Shown: positions 43,425-53,428 of the stretch, piece after piece
Layout of the letters: every line of letters begins with the position of its first letter
Position numbering within the stretch: the first letter of the stretch is position 1
NCBI GenBank assembly: GCA_007376725.1
Contig: VMGT01000001.1
Location: forward strand, 1 to 55,185
Direction of reading: 5' to 3'
DNA: 55,185 nt
Source of the DNA: Parcubacteria group bacterium Greene1014_15
Lineage (GTDB): Bacteria > Patescibacteriota > Minisyncoccia > Phycocordibacterales > VMGT01
Notes under the pieces: generated by a model
The model's input: the letters and a program-made list of their open reading frames with translations, nothing else
The model's database searches: none
What the model was told of the DNA's origin: nothing
Program-made: the position numbers and the translations under genes

Positions 43425-44375
43425 TTACTTTAAAGAGAGCTCGTCAAGTAATGCACGCACGGTATGCCGCACCGCTTCAGTCGATCCAAGCTTTGCGCGC
43501 CAGCCTAATTTTGAAACTTTTGAAATATCGTATTGGAAACGTGGAACATCCCCCCGCCAGCCTTGCGCTCCTCCTGTATATACAATAGAAACAGGTGGGA
43601 GTTTCATTTCCTCTATCACGATACGAGCAATATCTGAAACACGTGTCGCATCCAAAACTCCAAGATGAAAATAGTTACGTGCCTCGTCGGTACGTTTGAA
43701 AACGAACAAAATCCCATCGATAAGATCACTCACATGCATATAGGGCTTTTCCTGCTTACCATCGCCTAGAACAGTAAGTTCGCTCGGAACATCGCGCAGG
43801 TTTTTTATAAAGTCAAAAATGACACCGTGCGTTAAACGTTCTCCGATCACATTGGGAAAACGAAAAATCCACGCCTGCATGGAGGCTAATTCTACGAAAG
43901 CGCTGATATAGGCCTCTGAAGCAAGTTTCGCGGCACCATATAAAGAAATGGGAAAAAGGGGACCCGTATCTTCTCCCACTGGCCATTCTTGCATTCCATA
44001 CACAGCCGGAGTTGAGGCAAAAACAATCTTTTTCACTCCATACTTTTGCATGCAGACAAGAACCGTATACGTTGAAAAAAATGTCCTCTCGAGATCAATC
44101 GATGGATCCCGCATACCCGCCTGTATATCAGAGTTTGCTGCCAGATGAAAAACAACATCAAACGCATATCTTTCAAATAGGGGGGCAAGCAAGTTGTGTT
44201 TCCGAACATCACACTCCACAAATACGAAACGCTCGCTGTTCAAATGATGATGAATATAGTCTTTTCTCCCCAGACTCAAGTCATCAGCACATACAACAAA
44301 AGAGCCCTCTTCCATGAGACGGTCAACGAGATGACTGCCAATAAAACCTGCGCCACCGGTGATTAATGCTCGCAT
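43425..44375 (-). CDS. NAD-dependent epimerase/dehydratase (extended SDR)
   Basis: From ATG 44375: MRALITGGAGFIGSHLVDRL...STPAVYG...YGAAKLASE (the YxxxK motif). Confidence 0.9.
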   Translation of the reverse strand: MRALITGGAGFIGSHLVDRLMEEGSFVVCADDLSLGRKDYIHHHLNSERFVFVECDVRKHNLLAPLFERYAFDVVFHLAANSDIQAGMRDPSIDLERTFFSTYTVLVCMQKYGVKKIVFASTPAVYGMQEWPVGEDTGPLFPISLYGAAKLASEAYISAFVELASMQAWIFRFPNVIGERLTHGVIFDFIKNLRDVPSELTVLGDGKQEKPYMHVSDLIDGILFVFKRTDEARNYFHLGVLDATRVSDIARIVIEEMKLPPVSIVYTGGAQGWRGDVPRFQYDISKVSKLGWRAKLGSTEAVRHTVRALLDELSLK

Positions 44376-44418
44376 ACCTACACAGTCTATCATAACCTTG
44401 AATGACGAAACTCTTTCC

Positions 44419-46221
44419 TCAACGAGTTTCGTCATTCAAGGGTGGATAGGCTCTTAGGCTATAGATAGTAATACCATTGTCGCTATAGACAACCGTTCCT
44501 GTCGCAGACATATTCTCTCCCAATCGCTCGTCCGTATAAAGATAATCAAGCGTGTAAGGGATGGGAAATGCAATCGGCATCTTAAAACGCTTAACATTGC
44601 TTTGTATAATTTCTTCCGGCGCCTGCAGACTCGTGTCGCCTCTCATAAAACTATCGAGTGAGAGATCACTGCGATAGACGTTATGAAATAGGAAATTCAG
44701 ATTGCGTTCCGCATTTACATACCATATAAAATTTTCTTCCCGCATACCAAAAAGTTTTCCAAGAATCACAACCCTGTCCCATATCTCTTCATTCGAGGCA
44801 AGAGAGTGTAATCCTGTGGGCAAAAAAGAATGGTTATGCGTATAGAGTATGAGCTCAATATTAGTTATGGGCGAAAGCGCTCCCACCACAGAACCTGCCG
44901 GCGTATGCTTGATAAGCCATGCATAACTTTTCTCATGCGATGCGTCAATCGTATATGCTGGAGCGCGAATGCGACTCATCGCAATTTGCCCATGAAATTG
45001 TAAGCCGAGAAAAAGCACAAGTATCGTCCACACCGCTCGCTTCGCATTTTTCGAGAAAAGTGACGGAACATATCGTTTGCAAATCCACGCAACCATCACA
45101 ATCATCGCAAGAAAGAACGGGAGAAATTGCACACGATGCCAGTGGTCTGGTTGTGGATTAAAACCCGCAAATACCTGCATATTAAGTACAATGAACGGAG
45201 AAAGAAGAAATGCCACGAGATATATCGTATGCATGTAGTCATTTCGACGAAACAACAGCACTACCATTCCTACAAAACCAATGGAACGCACATAGGTAGT
45301 CCATGCTCGAAAGCGAAAGGAGCGAGAAATTTCCACGCCCGAGCGCCGTATCAGGTCAGAATACTGCGGAAGTGCGTGCAAATAGACAAAGTTGATCCAA
45401 TAGGGAACCGATACAAGAAAGCCGATCCCTGTGATTGCAAAAATTTTCTGCGCATAGTTGTATCTTTTTCCAAGAATAAAAAAGACGCACATAAAAACAA
45501 GCGCGGTAAGCATATACGCCCAATCATAAAAGTAGGTATAAAACAAAAGTCCGAAACTGACTCCGGCGCTTAGTGTCCACACGTATGCATCTCTCTTGAG
45601 AGCTCGCAGTATAAAAAAGAACGCCGGTATATAGAAAAGATAAGTTATTTGCGGATAGTCGAAACGAGAAAAATACAATTCATCAACTTTTCCAATACTC
45701 GGCACTATATCACGAAATAACTCATGCGCACCTGACATGGAAAGTGGCGGAATGGCGAGCGCGAATCGCGGCACAAACATAAATACTGCCGCTCCAACAA
45801 TGGAAAAAGTTTTTCTCCCAGTCAATTCGAAAAGAAGTATATAGAGAAAAATAAAAATAAGTGCTGGAAAAAGAAAATCGGAAACAATAAATGCCCGATC
45901 TAGAGAACCAAGTATCCGTCCAAGTCCTCCCATCACAATCGGATTCAAAGGGGGCATCGGTGAAATTCTATCCTTCTCGTGTTCGAGAAGCGCTGTATCA
46001 ACGACTGGAAACTGCCCAGTATAGAACGCCTTTGCGCGAGAGCCATAGCCAGCAGCTTCATCATAGCTCGCTTCGAAGGTAATTGGGTGATATATCTGTC
46101 CCGTCGTCAAATATGTTCGAAGCAGAACATGATGACTCACATGTATGCCCCCAATAAGCAGCGCCATAAGAAGCACGACCCACTCTCTGTAAAGCGCCTG
46201 CTTCAAAAAAACACCTTTCAT
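44419..46221 (-). CDS. Polytopic membrane protein with a C-terminal soluble domain, GT-C (ArnT/PMT)-like candidate
   Basis: 600 aa with about 11-13 hydrophobic segments. An acidic SYDEAAGYG motif sits in the first predicted extracytoplasmic loop, as in the GT-C D/E motifs. I see no recognisable soluble-enzyme motif. The assignment is inferential. Confidence 0.5.
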   Translation of the reverse strand: MKGVFLKQALYREWVVLLMALLIGGIHVSHHVLLRTYLTTGQIYHPITFEASYDEAAGYGSRAKAFYTGQFPVVDTALLEHEKDRISPMPPLNPIVMGGLGRILGSLDRAFIVSDFLFPALIFIFLYILLFELTGRKTFSIVGAAVFMFVPRFALAIPPLSMSGAHELFRDIVPSIGKVDELYFSRFDYPQITYLFYIPAFFFILRALKRDAYVWTLSAGVSFGLLFYTYFYDWAYMLTALVFMCVFFILGKRYNYAQKIFAITGIGFLVSVPYWINFVYLHALPQYSDLIRRSGVEISRSFRFRAWTTYVRSIGFVGMVVLLFRRNDYMHTIYLVAFLLSPFIVLNMQVFAGFNPQPDHWHRVQFLPFFLAMIVMVAWICKRYVPSLFSKNAKRAVWTILVLFLGLQFHGQIAMSRIRAPAYTIDASHEKSYAWLIKHTPAGSVVGALSPITNIELILYTHNHSFLPTGLHSLASNEEIWDRVVILGKLFGMREENFIWYVNAERNLNFLFHNVYRSDLSLDSFMRGDTSLQAPEEIIQSNVKRFKMPIAFPIPYTLDYLYTDERLGENMSATGTVVYSDNGITIYSLRAYPPLNDETR

Positions 46222-46260
46222 AACTTGTGTAGTTCGAGGCTTGCCCCGAGAACAGGTCTT

Positions 46261-47382
46261 TTATGTATCTCGCGACAAAATTTTCTTAAGCGTGCTCACA
46301 ACAACTTCAACTTGTTTATTTTTCATGCCATAAAAAATAGGCAAACACAAGTGTCTCGCACTATAATGCTCGGTCTTGGGAAGAGAGAGCCCGTGCATAG
46401 ACGGAAACACCGGCTGTTTATGAAGCGGAATTTCATAGACATAGCCGCTCGGGCCGATTCCCTCTTTTTGAAGCGCCTTATGCACTCGTGCGCGATCGTG
46501 ATTTGAAAGTATGATCATGTATTTAAAATAATTATGCGTTCTTGCTCCTGTCGGCTTCACAATCTGAATATCTGGATGTCCTCGAAGCAGTTTATCATAC
46601 AAAACAGCAATCTCCCGGCGACGCTTCAAAAAAAGAGGCAGTGCTTTGAGCTGTCGCAAACCCATCAAAGCCGCCACTTCTGGCATGCGCCAGTTATAGC
46701 CGATCGAGGTATGATGATTAATGTAGATGTCCTTTTTCTCTTTACCAAACTCACGCATAGATTTCATCTTCGAAACAAGCGTCACGTCATTCGTCGTCAC
46801 CATGCCACCCTCGCCCGTGGTCATCACTTTGGTTGAAAAGAAACTAAACCCCGCAGCAGTACCAAAAGCGCCCGCCTTTATACCGCCAAGTGAGGACCCG
46901 TGTGCCTGCGCGGCATCTTCGAGCAAATGAATGCCTCTCTTTTCGCAGAAATCACGCAGTTTCACGATGCTCGGAGATACAATGCCGCCTATGTGCACAT
47001 GCATAATCGCGGCGGTATTTTTCGTCACACGAGAAATAGCATCAGGAGCATCCATGCACATATCGTCTCCGCAATCGGCGAACACAGGCTTTCCTCCAGC
47101 ATTTAGTATTGCATTTGCAGTTGCGATAAAAGTATTCGACGGAAGAATCACTTCTTTTCCTGCCACATCAATCGCGCGACAAATGAGCTCAAGCGCAGAG
47201 GTGCCACTATTACAACCAACGGCATATTTTACGCCAATATATGCAGCAAATTTCTTCTCAAATTCTTCCGTGTAAATATGAGTGGAAAAAAAAGATTTTC
47301 CCTGAAGAATGCCACGAAATCTTGCGAGAATCCATCTGATATCTGTTTCAAAAAAATATGGCTGTACGGGGGGGACTTTCAT
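46261..47382 (-). CDS. DegT/DnrJ/EryC1/StrS-family PLP-dependent sugar aminotransferase
   Basis: FEKKFAAYIGVKYAVGCNSGTSALEL...FSFFSTKVMTTGEGGMV (the Lys-PLP region). Confidence 0.9.
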   Translation of the reverse strand: MKVPPVQPYFFETDIRWILARFRGILQGKSFFSTHIYTEEFEKKFAAYIGVKYAVGCNSGTSALELICRAIDVAGKEVILPSNTFIATANAILNAGGKPVFADCGDDMCMDAPDAISRVTKNTAAIMHVHIGGIVSPSIVKLRDFCEKRGIHLLEDAAQAHGSSLGGIKAGAFGTAAGFSFFSTKVMTTGEGGMVTTNDVTLVSKMKSMREFGKEKKDIYINHHTSIGYNWRMPEVAALMGLRQLKALPLFLKRRREIAVLYDKLLRGHPDIQIVKPTGARTHNYFKYMIILSNHDRARVHKALQKEGIGPSGYVYEIPLHKQPVFPSMHGLSLPKTEHYSARHLCLPIFYGMKNKQVEVVVSTLKKILSRDT

Positions 47383-48479
47383 ATTCGAAGATAAAAATTT
47401 TTAATAATTTCACACACAAAACCAACCTGCTCGTCTCGCAAACTCGGCGCCGAAGGCAGACATACGCCAGTTTTATAGAGCTTTTCTGTCATCGGAAATT
47501 TTTCTCCTGTATTGTAACAGGGTTGAGAATGCATCGGCATAAAGAGCGTCCGCGCGCCTATGCCGCGCGCCACAAGATGTTTGATAAGTGGCTCTGCCTC
47601 CGGCACAAATATGACAACACGATGCGGACAAATATCACTCTCGTTCGCGAAATCAAACACGCGCACTTCAGAAACTCCCTTGAGTCGTTTCGTATACGCT
47701 TTGAGTATCGCCCTTTTACGGAACACAAACCGCGGCGCTTTCTTGAGCTGCGCAACTCCAACAGCGCTCTGCAATTCTGTAATACGAAAGTTATATCCTC
47801 GCCGCTCAATGAGATCAACTCCGCGCTCGCGCCTGCCGTCATGCTTGTATATATTTGCTTCATCGATAAGACTGCTTTTATCTGTAAGAAGCATTCCACC
47901 CTCACCAGTGGTGATCGTTTTGTCCGCAAAAAAAGAAAGCATGGAAAACTCTCCGTACGAGGCGATGGAACGCTTTTTATAGACACCAAAAAGTGCTGGA
48001 GCACAGTCGTTCACAAGATACAACTTCTCGCGGCGGGCGTAAGATGAGACTGCATCAATCCCCTTCGCACTCCCATAGAGCGCGATAAAAAGAATCGCCT
48101 TGGTCTTATCTGTGCGCACCTTTTGAATAGTAGCAACGTTGAGACACATCGTGTTTTCGTCCACATCCGCGAAGATGGGAGTAGCGCCTGTCGCGGCAAT
48201 GGCATTCGGGTCAGCCGAGTGCGCGAGAGAAGGCACGATCACTTCATCGCCTTCGCCTATGCCGAGCGCTTTCATTCCTGTAATGAGAGCATCTGTGCCG
48301 TGTGAGAACGCGAGAGCATGCAAGCGCCCGCATATTCGTGCGAGTTTTTCCTCAAACTCTCGTGTGAAATTTTTTTCAGAAAGCCAACCATTTTTGATAA
48401 CCTTCGTTAGGAGAATAATCTCTTCCTGGCCAAACGATGGTTCGTAACATGGAATAGTTTCACGACCAACACGAGACAT
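47379..48479 (-). CDS. DegT/DnrJ/EryC1/StrS-family PLP-dependent sugar aminotransferase, second copy
   Basis: From ATG 48479: MSRVGRETIPCYEPSFGQEEI...FEEKLARICGRLHALAFSHGTDAL...LSFFADKTITTGEGGML. ATG 48524 is an alternative start. Confidence 0.87.
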   Translation of the reverse strand: MSRVGRETIPCYEPSFGQEEIILLTKVIKNGWLSEKNFTREFEEKLARICGRLHALAFSHGTDALITGMKALGIGEGDEVIVPSLAHSADPNAIAATGATPIFADVDENTMCLNVATIQKVRTDKTKAILFIALYGSAKGIDAVSSYARREKLYLVNDCAPALFGVYKKRSIASYGEFSMLSFFADKTITTGEGGMLLTDKSSLIDEANIYKHDGRRERGVDLIERRGYNFRITELQSAVGVAQLKKAPRFVFRKRAILKAYTKRLKGVSEVRVFDFANESDICPHRVVIFVPEAEPLIKHLVARGIGARTLFMPMHSQPCYNTGEKFPMTEKLYKTGVCLPSAPSLRDEQVGFVCEIIKNFYLRI

Positions 48480-48504
48480 GTAGTCGGAGTATGCTGATGA
48501 AGCT

Positions 48505-49431
48505 TCACGTTTTGACTTTTGCATTTTGATTTTTTGCTTTATGCAGCGCTTTATGGAGATACACCTCAAGCGCACTCTCGAGCGGCGTAAACTTCTCTTG
48601 CGGTACGACAGCGCGAATTTTTCCGAGCAACATGAACGGCAAAGTCTCACCTTCTGTTTTGTCCTTCAAAAATACACACGGAACCCCAAAAAACCGAGCA
48701 ATTTGGGAAGCTACGTCAGCAACGGAACTATACTCCTCTCCGCCAAGATTGTATATCCCTGCGGGAAGCGCTCTTCCCGAGAAAACCACACGCACCACAT
48801 CCGGCAAGTATACATACTGCATCATACGCGTCCCGGCGCCCCAGATCGTAATCTTGCCTGTCCCTTGCGCCTCTTGTGCAAGTGCAAGAATGGCATTTGG
48901 GTGCTGACTTTGTCCTTCTCCAAAAACCGATGAGAGTCGAAACACAATGCTTTCTCCATGATTGCGCAAAAGATACTGTTCAAAGAACATTTTACCGACA
49001 CCAAAGTGATGCTTCGGCAGAAGCATCGAATTTTCAGTAACCTTTACATCACGCGGCAGGCCACTGTAGACATAGCTTGAACTGAAATAGACTACGCGAC
49101 AGAGAGGCAAATCATGAAGAGCAGACACCAAAGAGTGGAGCGCATCAAAATCCTGCTGAAAAGATGTAAAAAAATTCTCGCGATATGCAAGCGCTGAATG
49201 CGTGCCACAATGAAGGAGTAGCGTCGGACGCAGATCGCGCAAAAGTACTCTTGTCGCCTCGTGATCGGAAAGATTAAGAGTTATATGGCCATCTATCCTG
49301 CCACGCATATCTATGCGCGTGCACGAAATTCCCGCTTCTTTGAGTGTCGAAGCAAGCACAGAACCGATGTAGCCTCGACTACCAAGTATCACAATGCGTT
49401 CTGTGTCTAGGGATGACCTATTCAAATGCAT
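48505..49431 (-). CDS. NAD-dependent epimerase/dehydratase/reductase (SDR)
   Basis: IVILGSRGYIGSVLASTL (Rossmann motif) and FSSSYVYS, with the usual SDR layout. Confidence 0.82.
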   Translation of the reverse strand: MHLNRSSLDTERIVILGSRGYIGSVLASTLKEAGISCTRIDMRGRIDGHITLNLSDHEATRVLLRDLRPTLLLHCGTHSALAYRENFFTSFQQDFDALHSLVSALHDLPLCRVVYFSSSYVYSGLPRDVKVTENSMLLPKHHFGVGKMFFEQYLLRNHGESIVFRLSSVFGEGQSQHPNAILALAQEAQGTGKITIWGAGTRMMQYVYLPDVVRVVFSGRALPAGIYNLGGEEYSSVADVASQIARFFGVPCVFLKDKTEGETLPFMLLGKIRAVVPQEKFTPLESALEVYLHKALHKAKNQNAKVKT

Positions 49432-49458
49432 GGTTGCGTAAGATGAGATGATAATTTA

Positions 49459-49639
49459 GAACCTGTCCACTATCTAATGCCGTAGCGAAATGATCAAAAT
49501 TCGTTGTGAAAATTGCGTATTTTGAGGAAGTATGAGGGGAAACTGACGAGAAAGACGCAATTTGCAACAGAATTTTGGTCATTTCGGTAGGCAAGCTCTA
49601 TTTTGTTTCATATTTTGCGGTTAGATAGTGGATAGGTTC
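49459..49639. repeat. MITE-like element C (longest copy) filling the intergenic spacer
   Basis: Termini are GAACCTGTCCACTATCTAA (49459-49477) and TTAGATAGTGGATAGGTTC (49621-49639), complementary at 18/19. The sub-terminal arms TGCCGTAGCGAAATGATCAAAATTCGTTGTGAAAATTGCG and CGCAATTTGCAACAGAATTTTGGTCATTTCGGTAGGCA are also complementary. It ends 1 nt before the stop codon of 49640-50962. Confidence 0.88.
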
Positions 49640-50962
49640 TTAGAGAGTGTTTGCGCGCAAGAACGAGCATACCAGTGCATAGAGTCTCTCGCTCGCATGA
49701 CCATCATAGCCAGAGACGAGTGTATCTCGAATTTTCTGCCTTCCCGTTCGATCTTGTGATACGTCATGGATATAACGCTCAATACCAAATTTGAGCTCCA
49801 TGGGAGTTCTTGCAATATATATTCCTCCACTCCTAAGGAGCGGCTGTAAATGATTGAATTGAAGAGTCCACTCCAGTCCTCCAAAACCAACCGTTATTGT
49901 CGGCCGATCACAAAGCGTCGCATCACAAAAAAGTGATGTCGACACTGATATCACCACAGAACTATAATAAAGCGTATCAATAAGATGGTCGTCATCTTCA
50001 ATACACAATTCGTTTTTCTTAATTTTTTTCATATCAGAATCGAACACCATGCCAGGCTGATCAAAGAGTACCTTACGGGCATGGCGCAATCCCCCAAGAT
50101 ACACAGTGTCCGCAATTGGAAGCCGAACTAGAAGTTCGTGTGTCGCAGGAATCATTTCTGCCAAGGAGTTGATCATGTTTTGATCAAATGTGTTTGTTGT
50201 ATTCTTAAAATGACGATCACCCTGTGCGGCATAGAGAATAATTTTTTTTGAGGAGTCGCCACCGATCGAAGCAATAAACTCACTCCATGAATGTTTTGGG
50301 CCATTGACATATCGATCATGGTGAGGTATACCGATCGGTCTCACGTCTTCCTCGCGCATACCATGTAAATCAACCGCCTCTTTTTTCATCATTTCATTTT
50401 GCACGACAAGTATGTTCGGCCGTACGCGCAGTGGTCCTTTCGTTGTCAAATTATCCCATGAACGCACTATACCAATAATCGGTATGTTTCGAAATCGAGC
50501 TTCATGCATCAATCGATTGTCTGTCGCGCTGAAAACATCAGAAGCGAGCAAGAGCGACGGAGCATATAGTTCAAACACGTCAGCGTACGTTCGGCGCGGC
50601 ACAAGATACGCATACAAAAATGGAATAAACCTTTGTATAATGGGCGCCCAGAAAAGGAGCTTTTGCGACCACAAACGCTCGATGCCGATATTGTGAGATC
50701 GCATAATGCCAAGAGATTTCGTTCGCATAGAAGCAAATGCTAAATCCTTAAGAAACGCGTCTATGTGGCGCAATCGACCTGGAACTCCATGTACAATGAC
50801 ATTTTTCCCTCCAAATGATGTTTCATAAAATGGAACTTTTCCTTCGGGCACAACAACAACAACGCGGATATCTCCTGCTTCTGTCAGCAATTTTAGAAAT
50901 GGCGCCACAAGAATATTTCGCGCAGTAAAATTGTGAAAACTTGTAATAAGAATTGTTTTCAT
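49640..50962 (-). CDS. Uncharacterised GT-B/TagF-like family protein, paralog 5 of 5
   Basis: 440 aa. MKTILITSFHNF, IVRSWDNLTTKGPLRV, LVVQN, IGIPHHDRY, LVRLPIAD, SSVVISVSTSLFCDATLCDRPTITVGF, DGHASERL. It is closest to paralog 2. Confidence 0.8.
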   Translation of the reverse strand: MKTILITSFHNFTARNILVAPFLKLLTEAGDIRVVVVVPEGKVPFYETSFGGKNVIVHGVPGRLRHIDAFLKDLAFASMRTKSLGIMRSHNIGIERLWSQKLLFWAPIIQRFIPFLYAYLVPRRTYADVFELYAPSLLLASDVFSATDNRLMHEARFRNIPIIGIVRSWDNLTTKGPLRVRPNILVVQNEMMKKEAVDLHGMREEDVRPIGIPHHDRYVNGPKHSWSEFIASIGGDSSKKIILYAAQGDRHFKNTTNTFDQNMINSLAEMIPATHELLVRLPIADTVYLGGLRHARKVLFDQPGMVFDSDMKKIKKNELCIEDDDHLIDTLYYSSVVISVSTSLFCDATLCDRPTITVGFGGLEWTLQFNHLQPLLRSGGIYIARTPMELKFGIERYIHDVSQDRTGRQKIRDTLVSGYDGHASERLYALVCSFLRANTL

Positions 50963-50978
50963 ACCTAACGTTTAGAAT

Positions 50979-52205
50979 CTATCCAGGGTCTAATGCATCA
51001 GCAAAAAATCGCTCGAAGTCATTAGCGTAACGCTGCCACGTTATGGTCGTTCGCACAAAATCACTTCCTGCATTACTTAATTTCTCATACAACTTTGGTT
51101 CTTGCATAAGCCGGTAGAGCTTGGCCGCAAGAACTTCATGATTGAGCGCGGGAAATAAAAGAACATTCTCGCCATCCGTCAGAACTTCATGTGCACCCGC
51201 CGTATCAGAGAGCACCACGGGAAGACCCGTCGCCATCGCCTCAAAAACGGCAATTCCCCATGTCTGCATATGGCTCGCAAAAACAAAAACATCCGCCGAG
51301 TAATACGCATCAAGCAACTCTTTTTCACTGACAACACCTCTAAATGTGACGAACGAGGAAAGAGAAAGATCGCGTACGAGTTTCTGTAAATCTGCATAGT
51401 ACTTTCTTGCCGTATCTTTATGCTCATGGTCGCCGATAATTGAAAGAGAGACATCGTATCCTTCTTTTCGTAAAATATGCACGGCACGAATGACATCTTC
51501 AAATCGACGATGAATATAAAAGATGCCATGACACAAGATGTTGATTTTTTTGCCCAACGGAGAAACACGCTCGTGATAGGGAAAATTGTTTGCATCTACA
51601 CCGCTTCGCGTCACTTCCATACGATGGCCTAAAAAAGCGCCCGCGATATGCGCAGTCCGGTAATTCAAAACCGCAATCGTATCTTGGGCGGCAATAAATT
51701 TCCGTATTTCATAGTCATCTCGGAGCCAGTTCAAAAGCCGTTTCAAAAAGGTACGTTTCGGCGGACGAAGCGCTGGATCATCAAAAAGCGACCATCCTGC
51801 AAGCGTCATATCGCTCATCATCGCGACAGAGGGTATATTTTTTACCAGCTTCTTGTAATAGTACGCCACGCGCATCGAGATCTGTTCGTGTGGATTGAGT
51901 ATCTCAGTATCACTCCTAATGCGGAGCGCGAGCATTCTGCATCTGCGGTTTTCCATATACTGATGCACGAATGTCCCCAAAAATCGTATGCGAAAAAAAC
52001 TTGACAAGATTGGCAGATACTCTGCGTTGAGCGCCACAACAGGCAAATCTTTAAAAAAATCTGGAAAACAAAGTTCTTTATCGTAAGCAAACGTATAGAC
52101 CGTCACCGCATGTCCTCGGCGCACAAATTCTCGGCCAAGCATCACCACTTGGCGAGCAGTTCCTCCAGATATCGTGAGAGACTGTATAATCATTGCTATG
52201 TTCAT
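50979..52205 (-). CDS. Glycosyltransferase family 4
   Basis: From ATG 52205 (ATGA overlap with the upstream stop): MNIAMIIQSLTISGGTARQVVMLGREFVRRGH...RRFEDVIRA...QTWGIAVFEAMATGLPVVLSDTAGAHEVL. Confidence 0.87.
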   Translation of the reverse strand: MNIAMIIQSLTISGGTARQVVMLGREFVRRGHAVTVYTFAYDKELCFPDFFKDLPVVALNAEYLPILSSFFRIRFLGTFVHQYMENRRCRMLALRIRSDTEILNPHEQISMRVAYYYKKLVKNIPSVAMMSDMTLAGWSLFDDPALRPPKRTFLKRLLNWLRDDYEIRKFIAAQDTIAVLNYRTAHIAGAFLGHRMEVTRSGVDANNFPYHERVSPLGKKINILCHGIFYIHRRFEDVIRAVHILRKEGYDVSLSIIGDHEHKDTARKYYADLQKLVRDLSLSSFVTFRGVVSEKELLDAYYSADVFVFASHMQTWGIAVFEAMATGLPVVLSDTAGAHEVLTDGENVLLFPALNHEVLAAKLYRLMQEPKLYEKLSNAGSDFVRTTITWQRYANDFERFFADALDPG

Positions 52206-53428
52206 ATTTTCGTAGCGTGAATCTGTGAATTCATTACTTCTAAGACGCTCTTTGCCTGTCGATTCCACGAAAAATTCTCTGCCATGTGACGCGCTCCCGT
52301 ACGGCTTATAGCCTGATACAGCTCTGGCGAATCTACGAGTTTTTCAATCGCGTGAGCAAGAGCCTGCGGATTTCTCGGTTCAGCAAATACAGCATCTACC
52401 CCATCATGAAGCGTTTCGTATGTCCCTGCAAGCGGCGTAACAATCGTTGGAATTCCGCTCGCAATCGTTTCATTTACCGCAACCCCCTGCGACTGCAAGT
52501 GCGGATAGACGAAAATATGACTTTCTCTAAAGAAATGCTTGAGCTCTGCGTCAGAATATCTTCCAAAAAACGTCACCCTCTGCACAACCCCCCGATCTTT
52601 GCAGAGTTTTTTCAGTTGTTGATAATACTTAATGTCAGTACTATATTCTCCAAGAATTACAAGATACGGGTCCATTCCGTGCTCGACGATTAGTGCCATT
52701 GCCTCGATACTATCTTCAAATCGGCGATAGGAAAGAAAGATACCACTTGAAAGCAAATTAAGCCGCTCGCGACGACGAGGCGACATTTTTTCTATATAGG
52801 GAAATTCCACCGTATCAAGACCGGAGGGAATAATAATGCTCTCGCAGTTGGCGTATCTTCGGAGCATCATCTTATGAAATTCATCGAATACAATGATAGC
52901 ATTCTGGGCACGAATGAACTTTCGTTCGTAAAGTGTCTTAAGCAGTATCATCGCTTTCTTGAGAAAAAGAGGACGCCAGGGAATATCATGGAATGCGGCA
53001 TTTTCAATGATAGGCAACATCTCAAGAGGCCACCGCATGGTCGGTAACTCATTCATATTCCAAACAGAAGGAATATTTCTTATATATTTTTTATAATAGT
53101 ACGCCACATGATGCGCCGGGCCATCGTCAGGATACAAAATATCGGTGGCACGATCAATCATGTATGCCATATCCCGCGCCATCCGGTCCTCCAAAAGAAA
53201 GCCCAAAAACCGAAACGTCTCCCGGTAACGATTCTTGGGAAGCACTACAACAGTGAACTTTTTGAGCAATTCGGGAAAACATTTTTCAACGTCACAGAAA
53301 AAAGTATAGAGAATAACCTCGTTCCCCGCTTTCTGTAGCTCGTATGCCACATTGAGTGCAATGCGTTGTGCCCCACCAGAAACACTGAGTTTTCGTATAA
53401 TAACCGCGATTTTCACAATACTTGACAT
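52202..53428 (-). CDS. Glycosyltransferase family 4
   Basis: From ATG 53428: MSSIVKIAVIIRKLSVSGGAQRIALNVAYELQKAGNE...RRFEDSIEA...QSQGVAVNETIASGIPTIVTPLAGTYETL. The track start at 53473 is possible. Confidence 0.85.
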   Translation of the reverse strand: MSSIVKIAVIIRKLSVSGGAQRIALNVAYELQKAGNEVILYTFFCDVEKCFPELLKKFTVVVLPKNRYRETFRFLGFLLEDRMARDMAYMIDRATDILYPDDGPAHHVAYYYKKYIRNIPSVWNMNELPTMRWPLEMLPIIENAAFHDIPWRPLFLKKAMILLKTLYERKFIRAQNAIIVFDEFHKMMLRRYANCESIIIPSGLDTVEFPYIEKMSPRRRERLNLLSSGIFLSYRRFEDSIEAMALIVEHGMDPYLVILGEYSTDIKYYQQLKKLCKDRGVVQRVTFFGRYSDAELKHFFRESHIFVYPHLQSQGVAVNETIASGIPTIVTPLAGTYETLHDGVDAVFAEPRNPQALAHAIEKLVDSPELYQAISRTGARHMAENFSWNRQAKSVLEVMNSQIHATKI

